64,000 bases of DNA from Gracilinanus agilis. Taxonomy: Eukaryota. The stretch is from NCBI RefSeq assembly GCF_016433145.1, contig NC_058131.1:721577860-721641859 (forward strand), read 5' to 3'. A model generated the notes under the pieces. That model was given only the letters and a program-made list of their open reading frames with translations, made no database searches and was not told the DNA's origin. Shown here piece by piece: positions 10,641 to 22,219 of the stretch. Position 1 is the first letter of the stretch; each line of letters begins with the position of its first letter. The translations under genes and the position numbers were made by a program.

Positions 10641-11984
10641 AGATGGCCGGGGACCATCTGGGCTGTGTCCTTTGGACCCGAGAAGCCCTTTGCCTGGCTC
10701 TGCATGGCCAGAGCCGGACTCGGATTCCAGGCCCCTCTCCATCCATGTACTCTTAATTACAGGAAGGTGTGAAGGAGCCCAGCCTCCTGTCCAGAGCTTC
10801 ACGGCGGGGCTCCAAGAAGGAGCTTTGGAAGGAGCCTGTCGCCGCCGCCGCCACCTGGCCTTTGGCAGTGGATTCTGCAGGGGTTAAAGCTTGGAGCGTC
10901 TGGGGACATCCTGCAGGCTGTGTTTGCGGTTCATTAGCGGGCCTGGGATCCCCAGAGCTGGAGACATTCTCCAGGGTCCTGCTAAGGGCCTCTGCTTAAC
11001 TGCCCTCCTTCCAGGGAGGACAGGACGGACGCAGGAAGGATCTTTGCCTTGGCAGTTTGGGCAGCTTGCCGCGCTGGCTTAAACTCCAAGGGAGGGGCAA
11101 AAAGTCTGCCCTCCCGGCCCCTGGTGGCATGCTGTGTGCCAGCTGGGTGGCAGACATAATGCCTTCAGCCCTGCCAGGCCTAGAGCTCCAAAGAGCTTCG
11201 CTGGGCTTCTTCGTCTTCTTCTTAACCCCTTGCTTTCAGCTTAGGATCAATCCTGTGTAATGCTCCCAGGCAGAAGAGAGGTCAGGGCTGGGCAATGGGG
11301 GTGAAGTGGCTCGTCCAGGGTCACCAAGGCCAGGTCTGAGGCGTGGCTCTCCATCTTCTGAGCCGCCCAGCTTCCCCCTGCAAGGATGGGGGTCTCCCTC
11401 CCTCCCCCTGACGGTGGTCCTTTGCCCACAGCGGGAGCTTCTTTGGGCTTCCCCCAGGTCAGAGGTTTCTGCCTCTGCACCCCCTGCCCGAGCACCCAGC
11501 TGGCCCTTGATCATTGTTGGGCTGCTTTGAACCCTGCGTCCATGCTCATCCCAAACCCACTGCCCAGGGCCATCCTGGAGGCAGCCTGCCGGTGAGGCTG
11601 GGCGGGAGAGAGCCTTCCGTGGGAGCCCGATCACCGAGAGGCCCGAAGGCTTCTCCCTCACCCCTTCCTGGCAGGGCATGGCGTCCTGGCAAGGGAGGGT
11701 TGGGGGCACCCTCGGGCCTGGCCACGCCCAAGCACAGGCAGCAGTAATTGGGCCAAACACGTCACTGAACCCCCAACGCCGAGGAGAGACTGAGCTTGAG
11801 GCTCCTCTAGCGGTAAAGAGAAGAGCCCGGCTCCGTTCTGGGGCAGCCCCTCCCTCGTGTTCTCTGGCACCTTCCTGGGCACTGCCAGGAAAGGGAAGAA
11901 TTCAGTGGGTTCTGCTGAGCTGGAAAGTCTTCGAGGTCTGGCATTCGAGGCCTTGGTCCAGCTAGGCTCTTGACAGTAGTTTGG

Positions 11985-12160
11985 CTACAAACTGGAGTCA
12001 GGAAGGTCCGAGTTCAGGTGTGACTTCCTAGCTAAATGAGCCTGGGCAAGTCATTTACTGTGCCTCAGTTTCCTCATCTGTAATACAGGAACATTACTAG
12101 CCCCTCACTCTCAGGGTTGTTGGGGGGGCCCAAGGAGATCTTATCTGTAAAGCACTTAGC
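11985..12160 (+). mobile_element. MIR-type SINE
   Basis: ggagtcaggaaggtccgagttca...cctgggcaagtcattt...cctcagtttcctcatctgtaa. Confidence 0.75.
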
Positions 12161-12530
12161 TTGGCCCGCAGCGGGCACCCCACAGCCCTCCCAGGGGCAC
12201 CTCTTTGCCTTGGCTCACCTCCGCCTCCCCTGTCCAGGCCCGCAAAGGTGGATCTGGGGTCCGAAGCGCCCTCTCCGGCAGCCACACACTGATCACTCCC
12301 CGTGGCCAGGAGGCCCTTCCTGGGTGGCCTCCATTGCCTGGCCCCTCCCCTGGCTCTTCGGCCCTGGCGCAGATGGTCCCAATTCGGGAAGGTTAGGGTT
12401 CAAAAAGGATGAAAACAAGGAAAAAACCAAAGCCAAACAGTGAGCGAAAAGGATTTTCCCAGGCTCGAATCATGTCAACGCGCCAGACGGTGCCTCTGAA
12501 AACAGAAACTGTTTCTGCCAGTGACAGACA

Positions 12531-12536
12531 TTTATT
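12531..12536 (-). terminator. UROS: UROS polyadenylation signal AATAAA
   Basis: tttatt on the plus strand, 224 nt past the UROS stop. Confidence 0.65.
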
Positions 12537-12759
12537 GTGCCGCCGCCGGGCCGGCACCCGGAATGGGTCATTTCCCCCCACTGGGAGCCTTCATCCGCCC
12601 GTGCCCCCTCCCTTGTCCCTGGGCACAGAACCAGCCCACCTCTGGGCAGCTGGACGGATGGTGCCGACTGGGCTGTCAGGCCCCCTGAGCGGCTGTGGCC
12701 GTGGGCTCTCGTGCCAGACCTCAAGGCACGTGGATGTGGCCAGAGGCTAAGGCTGGGCT

Positions 12760-12885
12760 CTAGGGCCGAAGCGCCTTCTGGAGGCCGGCGGCCAGGTCGC
12801 GGGGGCAGGGCTTCTCGGCCGTGCAGATCAGTGGGAGGCCGGCACTGGTCAGGGCTTGGGCTGTGGTGGGACCGATGGCTGCAAA
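12760..12885 (-). CDS. UROS: UROS last coding exon (126 nt including TAG)
   Basis: tttcag|TTT; [41 protein letters not shown]. Confidence 0.96.
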   Translation of the reverse strand, partial: FAAIGPTTAQALTSAGLPLICTAEKPCPRDLAAGLQKALRP

Positions 12886-13599
12886 CTGAAACAAGAACTG
12901 GCCTTCAGGCCACGGAGTGGAAGCGTCCAGAGGGCGGGGGCAGCTTCTCATCTGGGTCCCGGTGCCGGGGGCAGCCCAGCACACAGCAGGAAGGCCTGTG
13001 GGGCTGGGATGAAGGCAGCGGCCCCCCAAGGGTACCCGGGCCAAGGGCAGGGGGCTCCTCGGACACAAAGCATCCAGAGGGGGGCCGACCCTTCTGGGCA
13101 GGTCAGCCCAACTACGACAAGTAGGAGGGCAAGTGGGGTCTGGAAGCCGAAGGCCCGAGTCGAGTGGATTGCCCTCAACTCTTTAAGGCCAGGTTTTCTT
13201 GCTCTTTATGGCTGAGGTCTCAGGGATCCCTCCAGAACGAGGCCGGGCACCAAGAGGCCCCGTAGGGCGCAGGGATGGAGCCCCTCCGAGGCCTGGGCCA
13301 TCCCTGAAGGCCGGGTGTGTGTGCAGACGCCCTGGCTCGGCCCTGCAGCTCCCGGGGATCCGAGGAGGGGCATGAACAGTCCCTGCCTTCGAGGGGGCTG
13401 TCCATGGATGCATCACCCCAAAGGGAGACACGCAAACCATGGGGGAGTCGCTGCTGTAGGATGCGTGACTGTGGAAGAGTCCCTTTGGGTGGATGAGCCC
13501 TCTGGGTCCCAGGGAGGTCCCTACCAGCTGGAGCAGGGAGCAAGTGGAGGCTGAGGAAGACCACGGCCAGGACCCGCTGATGGCCGCAGGTCGCCTTAC

Positions 13600-13698
13600 C
13601 TTAATCTGACTAAAGCTGTCCCCAGAGAACTCCTGAATGTAGCTGAGGCCGTGGCTGAGCCCGGAAGGACTGAAAAAGGTGATGCTCGCTGGAGTGCC
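13600..13698 (-). CDS. UROS: UROS exon 9 (99 nt)
   Basis: cag|GGC...AAG|gtaagg; [33 protein letters not shown]. Confidence 0.96.
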
Positions 13699-13782
13699 CT
13701 GCAGGGGACAGAAGACATTTTCAGGGCACCCACCATGTGTGGCAGATGGGTGGGGAGGCTGCTGACAAGGAATAATGATGGC

Positions 13783-13973
13783 GGGGTAGTGGGGTGGCTC
13801 AGGGGACAGAGCCAGGCCTGGAGACAAGAAGTCCCGGGTTTAAATTTGGCTTCAGACCCCTCCTGGCCGGGTGACCCTGGGCACTTAACTTCCACTGCCT
13901 GGCCCTCACCACTCTTCCGCCTTGGAGCCGACACGTGGCGAGGCTGGGACAGGAGGTCAGGGTTTAAAAAATA
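13783..13973 (+). mobile_element. Diverged marsupial CORE-SINE
   Basis: gagccaggcctggagacaagaag...gggtgaccctgggcacttaac...ccactcttcc...agggtttaaaaa. Confidence 0.7.
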
Positions 13974-16900
13974 AAGGAATAAGGATGGTCAAAACTGTTT
14001 TTGGAAACAGCTCAGGATCCAGAAATGTGAGCATCTAGGTCAGTGCTGGCGAACCCATGGTGTGGCTGTTGAAGACGGCATGCAGCGCTCTCTGTGGGCA
14101 TTCGGCCACCCCCGCCCCACCGAGCCCAACGACATCCCCCCCCCCTCCCAGGAGCCCAATGGGAGCATGTCCTCTCTCCCCTGTGTGGGGTAAGGGGGGA
14201 GGGGCACGGCACTCAGTGGAGGAGGGGCCCGGCACGCCCTCTCCAGAAGGTTCACCAGCACTGAGCTAGGCTAATGGACCACTGGGCATCCTTACGTGGG
14301 CGCCTTTTTAGAGAACAGGCTGGAAGGCTCCGGACTGTCCACCCACAAGAGACACAGGCCTGGTCTCTCCCAGGGAGACATCCAGAGGAGTGCTCAGATG
14401 CTTCAAGGAGGAAATAAAGATTAAGACACTACGTGCCACAGACCCTCAAAACCAGAACACGGATGAAGGGCAAAGCTCTGAATCCGCCATTTCTTGGAGA
14501 AGCTGATCTGATGCCGGGGGGAGGTCAGAGGAACCTGACACCCCAAGGCCCCAGCAATGGCCAATCCAGGATGCTGGTTTCCATCAATGTTTATGGCCGG
14601 GGCTGACCCAGACGCAGGAGAGGGGGGATCAGGAGGCCCAATCTCACCTAACCCCACTCTAAGGAAGGCAGAAAGAGGAAGGCCACAACGGCACAAGATT
14701 CTGTGACGTTCGATGACGGTTCTCATTAGGAGAAGCTTCACGTCAGGTGGCACCTTGGCGATGGGTCCCCGACTCTTGGGGATGACCCCATACTGGTCTG
14801 AGCCCCAGACAGGCCAGAGCTGGGTTTCTAGATTCCTAACATATTCAGGCATGATAAATGCAGGAATCCCAGGAATTCCGAAACGCAGGTAAGCCTCCAT
14901 TTTCCTATTGTTCTGGTTTTGTGCTTTAAAATAAGAAGCACCATAACAAGAGCAAGTTGCCCTTCTGGGCGGTCACACTTAGTACTGCAGAGTTTCCTCC
15001 AATGCACGTTTGCTTTTAGGAGCCTGTGACAATGAGTCAAAGCCTGGAAGGCCTTGAGCAGGGCCAATTCCCTTTGTTTTCCTTAAAACTCTTCCCTTGT
15101 TATCCTGTGAGTGGGATGCAAACGTGTGTCTTTCTCAGATAAAAGCCAGTGGACACCCCACTATTTTCAGGACTCCAGCTAGGGCTGGTGTGCCCCCTCA
15201 GAACAAGAACAACCCCTTTCCTAACTAGAACACTTGGCCCGTCTGCTTTAAGTGTCAAAAGCCCAGGCGGTTAATCAAGGAAAGCTCCAGAGAGTAACTG
15301 ATAGAACAGGAACCAAAGGGCCCCATTCGCGGGTAACTCGGGAACTTTTTCTTATCTCTGGAGGCTATCAAAGGAGGTTCATGTTCCCTTTTTGTGTGTA
15401 TTCTTTGTTCCTCCTGGAACTTAGCTCACTAGTCTGGAAGTCCCCATCCTGCTAGGGGGAATCTGCCGGGATGAAAGGGAGGGAGAAGGGAGCTGGGGAA
15501 AGTAGTTGTGACTAAGACAGCAGACACTCCAGAGCCCACGATGTCCCCCTCCATTTGCTTCCTGACTCCTAGGGCACAGAGCGATTATCATGGATATGGA
15601 AATAACCGCTAGTTAAATAAGAAACCCTCATTTTCGTGTATTTGCAAAGAGCCATAACCTGGAGTAAATCCTCCCATCCTGGGATATGCCAACCACTTTC
15701 GTGGGCTCTGATCTCCTAGCAAGGCTAATAGCCTGGCAGGATCTTTGTTGAAACTGCCAGTCTGAGGGCTTATTTTGCCTCCAAAATTGATGACTTCTTG
15801 GAAACCATCCACAGATTTCTCGAAAGCATGCCACACGTACAACTATGTTAATTTTGGCAAGAATGGCTCCCAGTTAGCCTCAGAGGGGTCCCGATCACTG
15901 GCTTCTATGTTGGCGCAGCGAGAAGCTGGAGCGACAGAGTTCCTTCCTTGACCAGCTTGTGATTCTTCTCTGCAGATTCCTTCCCACCAAGAATGTTTCC
16001 AGACTCACTTTAACCTTGGATTCTCCCCAGAGAACTGGATCATTTATTCCTCGTTTCTTGACTGCTCTTGGGATTGGGAAAGCAGAAATTTCCCAAAGGA
16101 TTCCGGGAAGGAATTGCTATTGAGGAGCCCCACTTGGAGCCAGCTTTCCACAAGGAAATCTGCAGTCACACAGCGCCTGGTGCAATAAATGTTTAACTGA
16201 ATCAAAAGAGACTGGCCTCCCTGGCCTAGCTGGCAGCACGAGGAGTGTGAAGAGCACAGGCTGGGCGGGCGCTCCAGGGATGACACCCACAGCATACTTG
16301 ATAAGCCTTTATTTCTACGGAGCCCAGCTGCCATGCTCAGCACCCCATTCTGGCAGTGACCCCAAGGTGCTTCTCCCACACTCGCCATCTCCCAGAGATG
16401 GTCTCTGGCTCTGGGCTACAAACCTTCAATCAGGATCTCAGAAGAACCCCAGCAGCAGGTGCCCAGAAGCCATGGAAAGATACCTGGAGGTGAAGGGGTG
16501 CCAAGAGGGTGCAACGTGGGGGGAGGAGAAGGATGTCTTCACTGTCTCAGACTATGGATTTCCTAAAGGGTTTGTGGAAAGGTGTGGTGAGCCACAGGAT
16601 GGCACAGGCAGGTATGGAGAGTTGTGTGACACACACCTGGCAACTGATCCTTTGATGGGCTGATAGTTCATGGCCAGGGCATAGGTGCTGGGCCCGGGGG
16701 CACAGATGCAAAGACTGTCCCTTCTCTGGAGAAGCTTGGATTCTCTCAGGCAAAACCCCAGACACAATATAAGCCCAAACAAAAGAAATACTATTTTGGG
16801 GGTGGAGGTGGGAGAGGAGGTGTGGGCACAAGCCCTTTCCCTGATGTTGATGCCCAAAGCTTCCCAGGCAGCGAGGTGTGGATGGCAAAGACAGGGCACA

Positions 16901-17075
16901 CACAGCAAAGTCCCTGGCACTTCTGGCTTAGTGCAGAGGCTCTTCCAGGACTGGACAGAGCAAGCCCCTTCCCAAGGGGGTTGCATGGCCAATAGGCTGC
17001 CAACCTGGAGAGCAGGGTGAGGGACCGTGGGCCCAGATGCCCTAGGAAGCCTCCTTAGTGACAGAATGTGCATAC

Positions 17076-17161
17076 CTGAGAGGAGAAGTAGCTCCGGAGG
17101 GCATCCTGGATCCCAGGATGTGGGATCTTCTGGTAAACAGTGATGCTTTCCATGGGAACCC
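17076..17161 (-). CDS. UROS: UROS exon 8 (86 nt)
   Basis: ctgaag|GG...CAG|gtatgc; GVPMESITVYQKIPHPGIQDALRSYFSSQ. Confidence 0.95.
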
Positions 17162-17494
17162 CTTCAGAAGGAAAAAGAAGAGAGGCATCAATCTCAGAGC
17201 CAGGACTCTCTTCAGGCCCTGTCTTGATATCATTTCCTTTTCTGAGAGACCCCTGCTCTTAGGGCCTAGTGAGTGACCCCTCTGGGGTGGAAGCAGCCTG
17301 CCTCAGGGCCAACAAGGCCAGAGGAAGCGAAAACACTAGGGACGGTTGCACCTCTACCTGTCACCAGACATCCAAAAAAATTTGTGGGCTTTCTGGACGC
17401 CCAGAATCCTGGATCCAAAGCAGGCTCTGGGAACTTGGGCTTTTAAAAATCTACCTGAGAGGCTTTCTTTGCATTCTATGTATATTATTTTCTT

Positions 17495-18385
17495 TAAAAT
17501 TTTCTAAACCCTTCCCTTCTGTCTTGGACTGGATACTGTGTATTGGTTCCAAGGCAGAAGAGTAGTAAGGGCTAGGCAATGGAGGTTAAGTGACTTGCTC
17601 AGGGCTTTAAAAGAATACATACCCTTTGTTTCAGCCACTACTAGGTTTGCATTCCAAAGAGATAATAAGGAAAAATACTTGTACAAAATTATTCATAACT
17701 GTGCTCTTTGTGGTGGCAAAAAATTGGAAAATGAGGGGGTGTCTATCGATTGGGAAATGGCTGAACAAATGGTGGTATCTTTTGGTGATGGAATACTTGT
17801 GCTAAGAGGAATGATGAACTGGAGGAATTCCATGTGAACTGGAAAGACCTCCAGAAATTGATGCAGAGTGAAAGGAGCAGAACCAGAAGAACATTGTACA
17901 CAGAGATGGATACATTGTAGCACAACTGAATGTAATGGACTTTTCTACTAGCAGCAATGCAAAGACCCAGGACAATCTGGAGGGACTTGGGAGAAAGAAT
18001 GTATCCATATCTAGAGAAAGAACTGTGGGAGCAGAAATGCAGAAGAAAAACATATGGCATCACTTGTCACATGCATATATGGGTATGTGATTTGGGGTTT
18101 AGGCTTTAAAAGACTGCTCTATAGCAAAAATGAATAATATGGAAATGGGTGTCAAGTGATGACATTTGTATAATCCAGTGGAATTGCTTGTTGGCTCTGG
18201 GAGGGGGGAGGGAAGAGGTGAGGGAAAGAAAATGAATCATGGAAACATGGAAAAATATTTAAAAATTAAAATTTAAAAAAAAGTGACTTGCCCAGGGTCA
18301 CACAGCTAGGAAGTGTCTAAGGCTAGATTTGAACCCATGACCCATCTCTAGGCTTCTCAATCCACTGAGCCACCTAGCTGCCCCT
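17495..18385 (-). mobile_element. CORE-SINE split by an L1 insertion (halves about 17495-17604 and 18281-18385)
   Basis: The two halves join into one SINE; duplicated target aagtgacttgc(t/c)caggg. Confidence 0.85.
17605..18280 (+). mobile_element. 5'-truncated L1 (ORF2 C-terminus, 3'UTR, A-rich tail)
   Basis: ALCGGKKLENEG / IDWEMAEQMVV L1 tail; 17-bp TSD at 17588-17604 and 18281-18297. Confidence 0.9.
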
Positions 18386-19754
18386 TCTCTATGTATTTTA
18401 GAACCTGATTCTACATGGAACCTGTCCACAGGCTTTCCCAGACTGCCAAGGGGGCAGCAGGGCTGGACATGACATAAAGATGTGGAACCCTGTATCTGGA
18501 GCAGGGAGGGTCCTCCAAGGCTGTCAGGTCTATCCCTTTATCAATGGACAAGTGAACTAGGGTTTTTAGGCCTGAAATGTCTGCCTGCTGTCATACATAA
18601 GCAGTACAGTTGGGATTTGAACCCAGACCCTGACTCCAGGGCCAGGGGTCTCTCTCTGCTGTACCATATTAGGAAGACTTCTGAGATTCAGGAGGACTTT
18701 GGGGTCACCCCTGCCTTCTAGTGAACCAGACTAAGCACTACCCTGGCCTGGTGGCCTGAAGCCATGGGAGCATCCAAGGGGCCTACTCAAACCTCTGCAG
18801 GAAGAAGGATGCTCCCACAACCTCCAGCTGCTGCTGAAGGCGGCCCGTGTGGTGGTGGGGGCGGGTCCTAGCTCACAAATGCTGAACCCCAACCTCAGAG
18901 GGCTGCGGAGATGCTCTCCGTATGGCGCCCTCCCAGCAGAGAGAGGCAGTGACGGAGGGCCTGGGGGCTAAAGCAGGGGCATACACCTCCATGTGGTGCC
19001 TACTGCAAGCCGGGCACTGGGCCAAGCACTTTTGACACACGGACACGGGGTCCGGCACTGGCCCTGGCGGACTCGAGACTGAAAGTGTGACTGGCTTTCT
19101 CCAAACGCCCCCTTCCATCTGGCCCCCATCCCTACCCTGGTGACCAAACACACCAGCTCATTGCTAGCGAGAGGGGCAAAGCTGCCCCAAGGGCCCAAAG
19201 GCAGGGCGCAGCTTGTGGTTAAAGAGAGGCAGCTGGCAGCACTGGGGATGGAGCCCTGGGCCTGGGGTCAGGAAGACCTGAATTCAGAGGCAGCCTCACA
19301 CGCTTACTGGCTGTGAGACCCAGGACAAGTCACCGCTGTCCGCCTCAGCTTCCTGCCTGTATAATGGGGAGGATGACAGCATCTACTGATGTGCACTGCG
19401 GTAATCACGCCTCAATCCTATGGTGACTCGAGGAGGCTCAGCCACGGAACTGAGTCCTCTTTCAAGCTGAGCTGTGAGCTCCAGAATGACCTTGTCAGGG
19501 TCCGGACCAGAGTCTACAAGACTCGCACTCCAGCAGCATTGGGGGGCCTGTGGCAGTGGACGAGAGTGCTAGGCTTGGAGCTCGAGGACCGGGATCAGTC
19601 TCGTTGCCCTCTGCATCCCCTCTGGCCTGGCCTCAGCCCCTGGGTGCCCCCCAGCCCCCACTCTGCCTGTCCCCTTATGCCATGGGCCAATTCAGTCACA
19701 GATGTCAAAGATGCCAAAAGACGGCGCGGCATTCCCCAACAACCATGCTGGCAC

Positions 19755-19838
19755 CTTTCTGCCGGAGCATCTTGGGGAGGGCTTCTCCTTTGAGGGTCCC
19801 ACAAGGAAACAGAAGGGGCAACGTCCCTGGCTCTTCTC
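19755..19838 (-). CDS. UROS: UROS exon 7 (84 nt)
   Basis: cttccag|GA...AAA G|gtgcca; (R)EEPGTLPLLFPCGTLKGEALPKMLRQK. Confidence 0.92.
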
Positions 19839-21989
19839 CTGGAAGCAAGAATAAAACACAAGAAGACACAAGCATTGGTTCCAAGACATTAATGGGAAGA
19901 GTGGGTGGCCTAGGCCTCCCGGGCCTCGGTGGTCAGAGCAGAGAACCAGGAATGCAGGGGTGCCAATGGTCGGGGAATGGCCAAGCCATGGCACGTTCAC
20001 AGAACAAGGTATTTCTACACCAAAGAAATGACCAAAAGACAGATTTGAGGTGGCCCAAGAACACCCTGGAAGGTAAAATGACCACAAGAGACTTGGGGCC
20101 TGTGGTCAGTACCACAAAAGTCCAGAAGACTGAGGGGGAAGCGAGCCCATAACTGCTGGGCTGAGGGGGGCTGGAAGGGCAGAGTGAGACACACTTGTTC
20201 CAGCAGGGCTAGGGTGCACATGTTTTGGGTGACCATCTCTCATGGAGAGGGGGGTATGGAGGTGACCAGATGATCAATTTGTGGAGCAGTCACTCAATAA
20301 ACACAAGAGGGGATCCTGAAGGGCATTGCAGAACAGTAGGGTAGCATCAGAACTCCACAGATAGGAAAGGGGACTCCCCCCTCAAATCTCCTAGGCTCAG
20401 GCTGTCGTCTGAAGACCGAGGGCCTTCCTTTCCCATCCTCCCATGTACAGACGTTCCCATCTGTACCCTTATTATGACAAAAAGAAGCCTTTGCAAAGAG
20501 ACAGAGAATGCCCAGAGTCCCACAAGAGGCGAAGGACAGAGGGCCACCTGGCCATGCACACGACCATCCCCACATTATGGCATGGCTCTCTAGGATGGTG
20601 GTCGCCACTTCACACGCATTCCCAGGAAGTGCTGGCTTGGTAGAGATTTTAAAGCATTCCTGGGGTCTGCATGAATCCTAGCATGAAGGTCAAGCACCTA
20701 CTGAATTAGGCTACTAGGGATACAAGAACAAAGAAAGAATGACTCTACTCACAAGGAGTGCTCCCCAGTTCTAAAGGGGGACACAACAGCCCCCCTCAAT
20801 GACATACAGACTACACATTGGCAGAAGCTTTGGAGGGCTGGGGGGGATTGGCAAAAGCTTGGCCAAATGGGGCCTGAGCTGCCCCCAAAAGAAGAGAGGA
20901 GCACCATGAAGAGGAAGTGAGGACAGAGGGCATTCTGGGCATAAGGGACAACTAGGCAAAGGCCTAGAGGTATGGGGTCAGGGGTGTGTGGAAGATGGCT
21001 TGGGTATGGAGAGCAATCACAGCCTTTTGCCCACAGCAAGTGCTTAATAAAAACTTGCCACCACCTCCCCTTTGATGCTACACACATGGTATTGATGAGG
21101 GCACAGGAGGCCCTTATTTCACACTTTGGTTGTGCCAAGCACTATGGATGCAAATCCCAACAGGTCAGGCAGGCCATCTTCTAATATGGAAGGAAACTGG
21201 CCCAGGGAGGAGATCTGGAGAAGGCAAGCATGGGCCTGGAGTGGCATTGCCAGCTGTTTCCTTGTAGTGGTTCCAGGGCAGAGCCCCAGGTCCTGAGGGA
21301 GGAGGTGAAGGCCACCAGGCCATGGAGGCAGCACATTCCTGTTTGTCACTTAGCCCAGGAAGCCTCTGTTTCAAGGAGTCTCCCTCATCCCTCCTGGTCC
21401 TACGTTTATCTTCCCCGAGTGTAGGATGAGGTGGACTGGCCTTGAATTCAGCCTTCTTACAGGAACTGAAAGGAATCCACGATCCCAGAGATATTCCTCC
21501 GATTTTGGACTCTCACACTCTGTCTTCCTCCACAAGAGATCTGATGGGGCAGATTTCTTTGGCAATTATAATCATGGCTACCACAACATGCCTTTGTCCT
21601 CAAAATTTCTTTTTCTACTTAGCATCAACCCCATGAAGAGAGTGGTTAGGCTGTTAGATTTCGTGTTGCTCAGCAGTGACAAATAGAATGATCATTTTTC
21701 CATAAATATCAGCCCTGGAACAAGGCTTCTAAAACTGCCAAGTGCAGTAGCTGGACAGTGCCCTCTGGGCAGAGTGGGCCACTGAACAAATGCCATGGCC
21801 TCTATCAGCTGATAAAGAAAAGAAAAGAGAGCCCCTCCCTCCCATTCCTCATTTCCACTCTTCTGACTCAGCTTTTCAGGCCTCTCAAAATGCCCTGCAT
21901 CTAGCTTGGTGTCCATGGCCACAGTCCAAGGAAATAATCCCTGGAGGGGCCTGAATCACCTCCACCAGAAACTCTGTGGGGGCTGCAGA

Positions 21990-22215
21990 CCCTGCCTCCT
22001 TAAATGTCAGGGTAGAAAGGTCTTCCATAGGAGCCCCTGCCCTGCCAGCTAGCACCTACCCCAAGGACCATGGGGTCTTCCAAGCTGCCCTGTGGGTATT
22101 GTCTCCTTCATCAGATCCTGAGCTCCTGGAGAGCAAAGGCTGTCTCCTTGTTTTCCCATATTTGCATCCTCAGAACCTAGAGCACAGTGCTTGGCACAAA
22201 GGAAGTGTTTAGTCA
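21990..22215 (+). mobile_element. L2 3' end
   Basis: gagctcctggagagcaaaggctgtctcc...gcacagtgcttggcacaaaggaagtgtttagtcaatgtt. Confidence 0.7.
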
Positions 22216-22219
22216 ATGT

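Noticed and set aside
16141-16158. FPCGKL resembling the FPCGTL of UROS exon 7 (possible duplicated exon)
   Set aside because: Flanks do not match, a stop follows within about 8 codons, and there are no proper splice sites
19833-19841. CAG-GAG-AAG tandem acceptors at UROS exon 7
   Set aside because: GAG acceptors are rarely used, and the CAG gives a sensible 84-nt exon; no evidence of alternative use
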